Shown here piece after piece: positions 36,203 to 44,784 of a stretch of 64,000 bases of DNA; position 1 is the first letter of the stretch, and the number at the start of each line of letters is the position of its first letter. A model generated the notes under the pieces. The model made no database searches and was not told the DNA's origin. It saw only the letters and a program-made list of their open reading frames with translations. The translations under genes and the position numbers were made by a program. The stretch is from a candidate division FCPU426 bacterium (GTDB taxonomy: Bacteria > Oederibacteriota > Muellerivitia > Muellerivitales > Muellerivitaceae), in assembly GCA_963719085.1 (NCBI GenBank), contig CAVRAL010000004.1:992001-1056000 (forward strand), read 5' to 3'.

Positions 36203-38965
36203 ATGAAGACGACGAAAACCACAATTTATTTCCTCTTATATACCGCTCTGCTGGGCGCCTCCGGGGCATGGGCCAGTACGGTCACGGTCACCGCCGGGAC
36301 GACTTACCAGACCATCTCGGGTTTCGGCGCGGCCAGCGCGCTGAACGCTTATCAGGTCTTCAATAACATCGCCACAATCCAGAATACTCTTTGGGCGGAC
36401 GACTCCAGCCTACCCCCGGCGTCCCAGGTCAACGGTAATGTGGGCCTTTCCATTCTTCGGATCGCCATCGATGATTCGGGCACCACGGGTAATTGGGACG
36501 GGGGTAAGGAGGTTTCCGTGGCCGTTGACGCTTTGAAGGTCAACCCCAACCTGAGGATTTTCGCCAGCGAATGGAGCCCTCCGGCCGCCTGGAAAAACAA
36601 TAACAATAAGAACGGCAACAACACCGGCAATGACAACGCCAACCCGGGCACCAACACCAACCAGATCAACCACGCGGACTGGTCCAATTACGCCACCTAT
36701 CAAACCAATTTCGTGAAGGCCTGCCAAACCACCTACGGCTTCACCCCCTACGCCGTCTCAGTTCAAAATGAGCCGGATTACGATACCAGCTACGATTCCT
36801 GCCTTTGGTCGCCGTCGGATTTCGACACCTATATTAAGACCTACTTGGGGCCCGATCTCACTGCCGCGGGGTTCAACACCATCGTCATGATGCCGGAGTC
36901 TTTCGCGGACAACTTGAATCTGGCCGCTACCACCATGGGAGACACGGGCGCGGCGAGTTTCGTGAAGGTTATCGGCGCGCACCTTTACGGCGGAGGGCCC
37001 AATACGGTTCCGGCTTCCTACTCGACCACCGCCGGCCACGCGGTGGAGAGCTGGGAAACGGAGATATCCGATTTCGCGGCCAATGATTCCAGCATCACCA
37101 GCGGTTTGAAATACGCCAACCAGATACACAGTTGCATCGTGGACCATAATTTTAACGCCTATAACTATTGGTGGATCCTGAACATCAATACTGATAACGA
37201 AGGGCTTTACGGCGCCAGCAACTCCACCACCCCCACCAAGCGCCTTTACGCGCTCGGCAATTTCAGCAAGTTCATCCGCCCGGGTTTCACCCGTATCGCC
37301 GCCACGGAAGCCCCTTCGGCCGGGGTTTCGGTTTCCGCCTACTATAGCTCTACCGCGGGCAAAGTCGTGGTGGTGGCGATCAACAATAATAATTCGGCGC
37401 AGAGCGTCACCTTCAATCTCAGCGGTTTGAACGTCTCGACCATCTATCCCTGGATCACGGACAGCACTCGAAACTTAGTCCAGCAGGCATCCGTGGCCGT
37501 GTCCGCGAACAACTTTGTCTATTCCTTGCCAGTGTCCAGCGTGTCCAGTTTTGTAGGGGCGGTGACCAGCGGTAGCCCCACGGCGACCTCCTCGCCTACG
37601 GCTTCGGCGACTTCAACTCCGACCAAAACGGCGACGCCCACCGCCTCGGCGACGAAGACGCCGACGGTTACCCCGACTTTAACCCCTACGCCCACAATGA
37701 CCGCGACCTTGACGCTTACCCCGACTAAAACAACCACCGCGACGTTGACCCCAACTTCGACGAAGACGGCGACCTTAACGGCGACCCCGACCGCCACCCA
37801 GACCTTCCAATTCACGCCCACGATTACGTCGACCCCGACCGTGACCTCGACTCAAACTGAAACCTTGACTCCTTCGATCACCTCGACCTCAACCGCCACC
37901 CATACGCCGGTCTTCACCGCAACACCGTCTTTTACCAAAACACCTACCTTGACCCCAACACAAACCTCAACGCCCACCGTGAGCGCGACGCCTTCCACGA
38001 CCAAAACGCCGACGGTGACGACGACGCCGACGGTGACCTTGACGCCCCAATTTACCTTTACGGTGACTTTGTCTTTCACGCCCACCCCATCGACCACCTG
38101 GACCCTGTCGCCCACGGCGACCGCGACCCCTACGGCCACCTCCACCAAGACGGCGACTTCCACCGCGACCGCCACCTTTACTCCGACCCGCACCGTGACG
38201 CCGCCTTTTACCGCTACCGCGACGCCTACCAGCACCTCGACGGCGACCGCTCTACCCACCTCGACCTTGACGCCCTTGCCCACGGTGAGCCTGCAGTTGA
38301 ATACGTCGTCTTCCTCGGCGGATGCGGGGCAAAGCTATAGCTATACCTGGGAGATTACGGTGACAGGAAGTTCGCCGCAGAACGGGACCCTGACCCAAAG
38401 CCTGCCGGCGGGAGTGACGGTGACGGGATTCTCCGGGTCTTCGGGGGTGGTGAATGGAAACCAAATCACGTGGAACCTGAACAACCTGCCGGTGGGAGTG
38501 ACTCAATTGCAGGTGAATGTGGAGATTGACGGTTCGGTGGCGGGAGGGACGGAGCTTTCAAGCCAAGGGACGCTGAGCTATACGGGAGGCTCGGCCTCGT
38601 CCAACAGCGCCTCGGTGAGTGTGGTGGCTTTGACCTCAACGCCCACCTCGACGCCGACCTTGACGTTTACGCCGACGCCGGAGCCTATAGGGGGAGTGCC
38701 GGTGTTGTACCCGAACCCGGTGAGCGGCCCGGGCCCGGTGAACATCCAATTGCCGACCTATCCGGGGACGAGCAAGGTGACGGTGCAAGTGTTCACGACG
38801 GCGTTTAGGATGGTGAACGAATTCTCGGTGACCCAAGCGGGGGGAAGCGTGGTGTCCCTGCCCTTGACGGACCGGAACAACCGGCCCTTGGCGAACGGGC
38901 TTTATTACGTGCTGGTCAACTCGCCGGCGGGTAAATCGATTCTCAAGCTGCTGATCCTGCGCTGA
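36203..38965 (+). CDS. Secreted GH30 (xylanase-like) + Thr/Pro linker + DUF11-like domain + CTD
   Basis: YQTISGFG, WSPPAAWK, SVQNEPDY, AHLYGG, WETE, GNFSKFIRPG. Confidence 0.92.
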   Translation: MKTTKTTIYFLLYTALLGASGAWASTVTVTAGTTYQTISGFGAASALNAYQVFNNIATIQNTLWADDSSLPPASQVNGNVGLSILRIAIDDSGTTGNWDGGKEVSVAVDALKVNPNLRIFASEWSPPAAWKNNNNKNGNNTGNDNANPGTNTNQINHADWSNYATYQTNFVKACQTTYGFTPYAVSVQNEPDYDTSYDSCLWSPSDFDTYIKTYLGPDLTAAGFNTIVMMPESFADNLNLAATTMGDTGAASFVKVIGAHLYGGGPNTVPASYSTTAGHAVESWETEISDFAANDSSITSGLKYANQIHSCIVDHNFNAYNYWWILNINTDNEGLYGASNSTTPTKRLYALGNFSKFIRPGFTRIAATEAPSAGVSVSAYYSSTAGKVVVVAINNNNSAQSVTFNLSGLNVSTIYPWITDSTRNLVQQASVAVSANNFVYSLPVSSVSSFVGAVTSGSPTATSSPTASATSTPTKTATPTASATKTPTVTPTLTPTPTMTATLTLTPTKTTTATLTPTSTKTATLTATPTATQTFQFTPTITSTPTVTSTQTETLTPSITSTSTATHTPVFTATPSFTKTPTLTPTQTSTPTVSATPSTTKTPTVTTTPTVTLTPQFTFTVTLSFTPTPSTTWTLSPTATATPTATSTKTATSTATATFTPTRTVTPPFTATATPTSTSTATALPTSTLTPLPTVSLQLNTSSSSADAGQSYSYTWEITVTGSSPQNGTLTQSLPAGVTVTGFSGSSGVVNGNQITWNLNNLPVGVTQLQVNVEIDGSVAGGTELSSQGTLSYTGGSASSNSASVSVVALTSTPTSTPTLTFTPTPEPIGGVPVLYPNPVSGPGPVNIQLPTYPGTSKVTVQVFTTAFRMVNEFSVTQAGGSVVSLPLTDRNNRPLANGLYYVLVNSPAGKSILKLLILR
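37640..38965 (+). repeat. Shared 3' tail, copy 3 (first GH30)
   Basis: 1326 bp matching 43198-44523; one difference seen (AAG/AAA near the end). Confidence 0.95.
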
Positions 38966-39106
38966 GTTCTGTTTAGAACTCAGTAGGTCAAATCGCATGC
39001 CTCGGCTTGAGACCTCGGCATAGCCAGCGCTGACCGTTGTATCGGTCAGCACGGCAAAGCTGATGTCTCGGCTTGAGGCCTCGACATAGCCAGCATTGAT
39101 CGTTGT
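38959..39106 (+). repeat. Array of 2 hairpin units plus a degenerate third start
   Basis: GCGCTGA at 38959 (includes stop) and 39027; GCATTGATCGTTGT at 39093. Confidence 0.9.
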
Positions 39107-39166
39107 GCCACCGCCCTCCTCGTCGCCAAAAAGCGCTTGGCGATTTCCCGGATTCCTGGTTAATCT

Positions 39167-40984
39167 GTGTCAGTGAAAAAAAACGGCGTTCTCCCCCAAG
39201 CGTTTAAAAATATTTTTGAATATGAAAGTTTCCTGACCGTCCTTCGGTACTACGTCGATTTGAACTGTTTCGTGATTTCACCGAATCCTCAGGGCCCGGG
39301 CAGCAGTTGGCTGGCGGTTCATTATCACCGGCGCTCCCATTCGCTTTTTGATTTTGAGAAAAAATACGGGTTTAAATTTAATTGGGATAAGTTGACGGAC
39401 GCGGCCTTTGAGCGAGTCCACGCGGCGGATCAGCCGCTCCTGCTGAAGTCGTTGGGGTTCTTTGATGTTTTTATGCCCGTTCGGCGCGAAGGGAAAAGAC
39501 TGGGGACGATTTTGTCGGGCGCTTTCGCGCAAGGCGAACCTACGGAAGACCTGCTGCGCGCCAGTTGGAGCGAATTGACCGGGCAAGAACTTTCGACTGA
39601 AAGTTTGGAATTCCGCCAGTTCGTCCGAGTGATGCTGGAAACCCCCGTATTAGAAGGCCCGGTGCTTTTGGCTTATCGGGAAGCGCTTGAGTTATTCGCG
39701 TCCGTGATGGCCGGAGGCGCTTCCACCTCGGTTTCCCGAAGACTGCAACAATTATTGACCGAAGTCTTCTCCAAACATCTGCCCCACAGCTATTGGATGG
39801 ATTGGGCTTTGGGCCTGCCGACGACCCAAGCCACGCCGCTTTGGAACCTGGGGGTGGAGCAAATGGACTGGGTGAAGACCGATATCGGTATTCATCGAAT
39901 CCCCACCACGGTTCTCACCGCGGTCCCGCTGGGGCTAGACGGAAAACGCCGAAATTCGGTGGGGGAAATGTTCCGGATTTACCGGTTTCAGCGCCGGGCT
40001 TTTCAATTCGCCCGCGGCCTTCCCCAAACCGTGGGCGGAAAATTGGAAAACTATGGGGCGGTGTTTGTCACCTCCGCCGATCCTTCCCTGAGCCGTCCCC
40101 AACGGCGCCGACAAATATTGGAAACCGCCGAAAAAATCCACCGGTTCGCGGTGGAAGAATTAGGCGGATCGGTTTTGGTGGGCGTTGGGGAAACCGTGCC
40201 GCCGGGAGATTCGCTGGCCGAGTCTTATCGTCAAGCGGTTCTGGCCCTGCATCTTCAAAAAGGGTTTGAGACGGGCTTGGTCTTTTTCACCCCGGGCCGC
40301 AGTGAAAAAAATGAGGGCTTGTCCGAGTTGACGCGGCTGCTTTTGGATTTGAAAAAAAGATTTGAGAGCGGCTCTTTTTACAATCTGGAAGAAATCTTGG
40401 ACGGGTTTTTAAAACAGGTTCTGCTTCTTTCCTTTCAAAACCCCGACGAGATCCGCTGGCACCTGCACTATGGGCTGCTTCAGATCGGCGAGGTGGTCAA
40501 GAGCCGGGCTGATTTGAATTGGAACGAAATGCCCCGGATGATTGAGCGGCTGATCCAAACGCTGGAAGGAGCCGCCACCACGCAGGAAATGGTTCTGGCC
40601 TTTAAAGATGGTTTGGAGCAGCTGGTGAAGCTGGCCCAAGATCCGGGGAAGATCCGGGGCTTTTACGCCTTGGATAAAGTTCGGGAACACCTGGAAAAAC
40701 ATTTCCGGACCCCGGTGAAAATCGCCAAGCTGGCGAAATTGGCGGGCGTCTCCGCGGCCACGCTTAGCCGGCGGTTCAAAAAAGCCAATGGAGTCGGCTG
40801 GGAAACTTACCTTCAAACCTTAAGGTTGAATGAGGCGCGGCGGTTGTTAAAGTCCGGAAGCCTGCCCATCGCTCAAATCGCCAAAGACTGCGGATTTAAG
40901 TCCGCGTCTTATTTCATCCGGTTGTTCCGCAAAAAAAATAGGATTTCCCCCGGGTTGTTCCGAAAAAAAGTCCAGTCGGTTTAA
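39167..40984 (+). CDS. AraC-family regulator, paralogue of 34173 gene
   Basis: Shared HSYWMDWALG, RIPTTV, LPQTVGG.LENYGAVFVTSADP and AraC HTH. Confidence 0.9.
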   Translation: MSVKKNGVLPQAFKNIFEYESFLTVLRYYVDLNCFVISPNPQGPGSSWLAVHYHRRSHSLFDFEKKYGFKFNWDKLTDAAFERVHAADQPLLLKSLGFFDVFMPVRREGKRLGTILSGAFAQGEPTEDLLRASWSELTGQELSTESLEFRQFVRVMLETPVLEGPVLLAYREALELFASVMAGGASTSVSRRLQQLLTEVFSKHLPHSYWMDWALGLPTTQATPLWNLGVEQMDWVKTDIGIHRIPTTVLTAVPLGLDGKRRNSVGEMFRIYRFQRRAFQFARGLPQTVGGKLENYGAVFVTSADPSLSRPQRRRQILETAEKIHRFAVEELGGSVLVGVGETVPPGDSLAESYRQAVLALHLQKGFETGLVFFTPGRSEKNEGLSELTRLLLDLKKRFESGSFYNLEEILDGFLKQVLLLSFQNPDEIRWHLHYGLLQIGEVVKSRADLNWNEMPRMIERLIQTLEGAATTQEMVLAFKDGLEQLVKLAQDPGKIRGFYALDKVREHLEKHFRTPVKIAKLAKLAGVSAATLSRRFKKANGVGWETYLQTLRLNEARRLLKSGSLPIAQIAKDCGFKSASYFIRLFRKKNRISPGLFRKKVQSV

Positions 40985-41023
40985 ACGAACAACAATTCGA
41001 TTTTAACCGGTTTGCTTTCGATA

Positions 41024-41040
41024 TGAAATAAAAGTCAATT
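41024..41040 (+). promoter_or_regulatory. Candidate AraC-type site TGAAATAAAAGTCAATT
   Basis: Matches 36043-36059 and the reverse complement of 12898-12914. Confidence 0.45.
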
Positions 41041-41208
41041 CGCTTGTCGTTTTAAGACCTATGAGTTTTCCGCGGGTCGCCCGTCCGGTCCGAAACGAAG
41101 GTATAGTTTTGGGGCTGAGCCATTTAAGCGTCTTTTTTCGCCCGAATAAAAACGTTTTTGGATCAGTTAAAAACCGGTTGACGCCGGAATCGGACTAGGA
41201 CTGAATAA

Positions 41209-44200
41209 ATGGGTTCCTTGGAAAAAAGAATTTTGTTTTGGGGGGCTGTTTTTTTTCTCGCCGTTCCCTCGCTTTGGGCGGGAACCGCCACCATCGACGC
41301 CACCACCACGGACCAATATATCCGAGGCTTCGGGGCCTGCAGCGCCTGGCACGAAAGCACTTACCCGACCCAGCTGGCGACCTGGTATTGGGACTCCACC
41401 GGCATGACCGGCAACAATCCGAACGGCATTGGTCTTTCCATGCTGCGCTGCCATATTCCCTATACCAATACCACCACGAGCGTTTCAGACCCGGGGGAAA
41501 CCGCGGTCATGAAGCAAGCCATCGGCCTGGGGGTCACCCAGGTGTGGTGCACCGAATGGGCGCCGCCCAACAACGACCGGGTTTCCGGGTCGACCTGGGG
41601 CAGTTCCAACAATAACTTCCTCGGCGCGGCCAGCGGGGCGCCCAACGCGAATGACACTGATTACGCCAATTATCTTGTCAATTACATCAAATACGCCAAT
41701 TCCCAAATTTCCAGCACCGGGGTCCAGATCATGGCCGTCTCCCCGCAAAACGAGCCCGATTGGAATCCGACTTATGAAAGCAATGAGTGGACCGCGGGCC
41801 AGTTCGATGTTTTCGTCGGGGCCCTTCATTCGGCCCTTCAGGCCGCGGGACTTTCCACCAAGATTATGATTCCGGAAAGCTTCGCCGACAACAAGGCCCT
41901 GGCGGCCGGCGCGATGGATGACGCGACCAACGCGCCCTATGTCGGGGTCATCGGCAACCATCTTTACGGGTTGAACGGAGCCACGCCTTATTCCCTCGCC
42001 GGCGCCGGTTTCACCCACTTGACCAACCAGGAAAGTTGGGAAACCGAAATGTCGGACGTGAGCGGCGCGGCCAACGACACCTCCATTACCTCGGGCCTTC
42101 AGGTGGCGTCGTGGGTGCAACAGTGCATCGTGGACGCGGGCATGAACGCCTATCATCACTGGTGGCTGTATCCAGCCAGCGGCAGCACCAATGAGTCTCT
42201 CATCGGCTCGGACAACGCCTCCACTAAAAAACTTTGGTGCCTGGGTAACTGGAGCCGATTTGTGCGCCCCGGCTATTACCGAATGGGCGCGACGGTTTCC
42301 CCCTCGGCGGGGGTGTCCTTGTCGGCCTTTAAAAGCGATTCCAGTTCCGCCCCGGCTTCCTTCGTGATCGTGGCCATCAACAAGAATACATCGACCACCT
42401 CCACCACCTTTAATTTGAACGGGATCAGCGCCACTTCGGTGACGCCTTGGATCACCGACGCCAACAATAATCTGACCCGGCAGACCGCGGTGGCCGTCTC
42501 GGGAAATTCTTTTACCTATAGTTTGAACGCCCAAAGCGTGATTTCCTTCGTGGGCGCCGTCACGGGCGGGGGCGGACCGACTTACACGCCCACCGTGACG
42601 CCCACGGCAACCCGGACCCCGATCCCGGGCGCCTATTGCCTGGTGGATGATTTTGAGGACGACAACACGACCAACAACTGGGGGGGGACTTGGTCCACCT
42701 ACGCGGGCGCCAACAGCACGCTCACCGCCTCGGTCACGGCGGGAGGATCGCCGTCTTCCCCGAACTATTCCATCGGCATCGCGGGTACGGTTAATGATTA
42801 TGGAGGACTCAACACGTCGTTGAACTCCGGGGGAACCACGGTGGACCTCTCGGCTTATTCGGGCGTGGCTTTCATGGTCAAGGGCAATGGGAGTACCTAT
42901 TGGTTCCAAATCGCCAGTGCCCCCGTGACTTCAGGCGACAATTACGGCGTCAGTTTCACCGCGCCGGCGGCTTGGACGCCCGTGACGGTGATGTTTAACC
43001 AGGTGGCCCAACGCGGTTTTGGTGCCGGGGAACCCTTTGATCTCACCCAAATCAACGCCCTTCAATGGGGCGCCGCGGCGAACGGAGCCTTAAGTTTCCA
43101 AATTGACGACGTGAAACTCTTGGGCGCCTTTTGCCCCGGCGGGACGCCTACGATGACGGCCACCTTTACGCGGACATCTACCTTGACCGCAACTCCGACC
43201 GCCTCGGCGACGAAGACGCCGACGGTTACCCCGACTTTAACCCCTACGCCCACAATGACCGCGACCTTGACGCTTACCCCGACTAAAACAACCACCGCGA
43301 CGTTGACCCCAACTTCGACGAAGACGGCGACCTTAACGGCGACCCCGACCGCCACCCAGACCTTCCAATTCACGCCCACGATTACGTCGACCCCGACCGT
43401 GACCTCGACTCAAACTGAAACCTTGACTCCTTCGATCACCTCGACCTCAACCGCCACCCATACGCCGGTCTTCACCGCAACACCGTCTTTTACCAAAACA
43501 CCTACCTTGACCCCAACACAAACCTCAACGCCCACCGTGAGCGCGACGCCTTCCACGACCAAAACGCCGACGGTGACGACGACGCCGACGGTGACCTTGA
43601 CGCCCCAATTTACCTTTACGGTGACTTTGTCTTTCACGCCCACCCCATCGACCACCTGGACCCTGTCGCCCACGGCGACCGCGACCCCTACGGCCACCTC
43701 CACCAAGACGGCGACTTCCACCGCGACCGCCACCTTTACTCCGACCCGCACCGTGACGCCGCCTTTTACCGCTACCGCGACGCCTACCAGCACCTCGACG
43801 GCGACCGCTCTACCCACCTCGACCTTGACGCCCTTGCCCACGGTGAGCCTGCAGTTGAATACGTCGTCTTCCTCGGCGGATGCGGGGCAAAGCTATAGCT
43901 ATACCTGGGAGATTACGGTGACAGGAAGTTCGCCGCAGAACGGGACCCTGACCCAAAGCCTGCCGGCGGGAGTGACGGTGACGGGATTCTCCGGGTCTTC
44001 GGGGGTGGTGAATGGAAACCAAATCACGTGGAACCTGAACAACCTGCCGGTGGGAGTGACTCAATTGCAGGTGAATGTGGAGATTGACGGTTCGGTGGCG
44101 GGAGGGACGGAGCTTTCAAGCCAAGGGACGCTGAGCTATACGGGAGGCTCGGCCTCGTCCAACAGCGCCTCGGTGAGTGTGGTGGCTTTGACCTCAACGC

Positions 44201-44523
44201 CCACCTCGACGCCGACCTTGACGTTTACGCCGACGCCGGAGCCTATAGGGGGAGTGCCGGTGTTGTACCCGAACCCGGTGAGCGGCCCGGGCCCGGTGAA
44301 CATCCAATTGCCGACCTATCCGGGGACGAGCAAGGTGACGGTGCAAGTGTTCACGACGGCGTTTAGGATGGTGAACGAATTCTCGGTGACCCAAGCGGGG
44401 GGAAGCGTGGTGTCCCTGCCCTTGACGGACCGGAACAACCGGCCCTTGGCGAACGGGCTTTATTACGTGCTGGTCAACTCGCCGGCGGGTAAATCGATTC
44501 TCAAACTGCTGATCCTGCGCTGA
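41209..44523 (+). CDS. Secreted GH30 + CBM11/CIA30-like jelly-roll + Thr/Pro linker + DUF11-like domain + CTD
   Basis: QYIRGFG, SPQNEPDW, WETE, GNWSRFVRPG. Second module 'LVDDFED..W..DLSAYSGVAFMVKGNG..IDDVKL'. Confidence 0.9.
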   Translation: MGSLEKRILFWGAVFFLAVPSLWAGTATIDATTTDQYIRGFGACSAWHESTYPTQLATWYWDSTGMTGNNPNGIGLSMLRCHIPYTNTTTSVSDPGETAVMKQAIGLGVTQVWCTEWAPPNNDRVSGSTWGSSNNNFLGAASGAPNANDTDYANYLVNYIKYANSQISSTGVQIMAVSPQNEPDWNPTYESNEWTAGQFDVFVGALHSALQAAGLSTKIMIPESFADNKALAAGAMDDATNAPYVGVIGNHLYGLNGATPYSLAGAGFTHLTNQESWETEMSDVSGAANDTSITSGLQVASWVQQCIVDAGMNAYHHWWLYPASGSTNESLIGSDNASTKKLWCLGNWSRFVRPGYYRMGATVSPSAGVSLSAFKSDSSSAPASFVIVAINKNTSTTSTTFNLNGISATSVTPWITDANNNLTRQTAVAVSGNSFTYSLNAQSVISFVGAVTGGGGPTYTPTVTPTATRTPIPGAYCLVDDFEDDNTTNNWGGTWSTYAGANSTLTASVTAGGSPSSPNYSIGIAGTVNDYGGLNTSLNSGGTTVDLSAYSGVAFMVKGNGSTYWFQIASAPVTSGDNYGVSFTAPAAWTPVTVMFNQVAQRGFGAGEPFDLTQINALQWGAAANGALSFQIDDVKLLGAFCPGGTPTMTATFTRTSTLTATPTASATKTPTVTPTLTPTPTMTATLTLTPTKTTTATLTPTSTKTATLTATPTATQTFQFTPTITSTPTVTSTQTETLTPSITSTSTATHTPVFTATPSFTKTPTLTPTQTSTPTVSATPSTTKTPTVTTTPTVTLTPQFTFTVTLSFTPTPSTTWTLSPTATATPTATSTKTATSTATATFTPTRTVTPPFTATATPTSTSTATALPTSTLTPLPTVSLQLNTSSSSADAGQSYSYTWEITVTGSSPQNGTLTQSLPAGVTVTGFSGSSGVVNGNQITWNLNNLPVGVTQLQVNVEIDGSVAGGTELSSQGTLSYTGGSASSNSASVSVVALTSTPTSTPTLTFTPTPEPIGGVPVLYPNPVSGPGPVNIQLPTYPGTSKVTVQVFTTAFRMVNEFSVTQAGGSVVSLPLTDRNNRPLANGLYYVLVNSPAGKSILKLLILR
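43198..44523 (+). repeat. Shared 3' tail, copy 4 (second GH30)
   Basis: 1326 bp matching 37640-38965. Confidence 0.95.
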
Positions 44524-44712
44524 GGCCACAAGCCGAAGCGCAAGGGTTGGTCATGCCAATTCCGAATGGGAATTGGCTCATCCTGCGCTGAGGTCTGTTT
44601 AGAACTCAGTACGTCAAATCGCATGCCTCGGCATAGCCAGCGCTGACCGTTGTATCGGTCAGCACGGCAAAGCTGATGCCTCGGCTTGAGGCCTCGACAT
44701 AGCCAGCGTTAA
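44517..44712 (+). repeat. Array of 3 hairpin units
   Basis: GCGCTGA at 44517 (includes stop), 44585 and 44640; closed by GCGTTAA at 44706. Confidence 0.9.
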
Positions 44713-44784
44713 GGCCGCAATCCGAGTTTTATTTTTTTGAAGTTGCTGAGGGGGACCCTTGAAGGGGTCAGGAAGTTAAATCGG

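Noticed and set aside
44517..44715. Units as integron attC sites (similar size; one GTTAAGG at 44708)
   Set aside because: No paired RYYYAAC/GTTRRRY ends, two hairpins rather than one long one, and no intI in the window.
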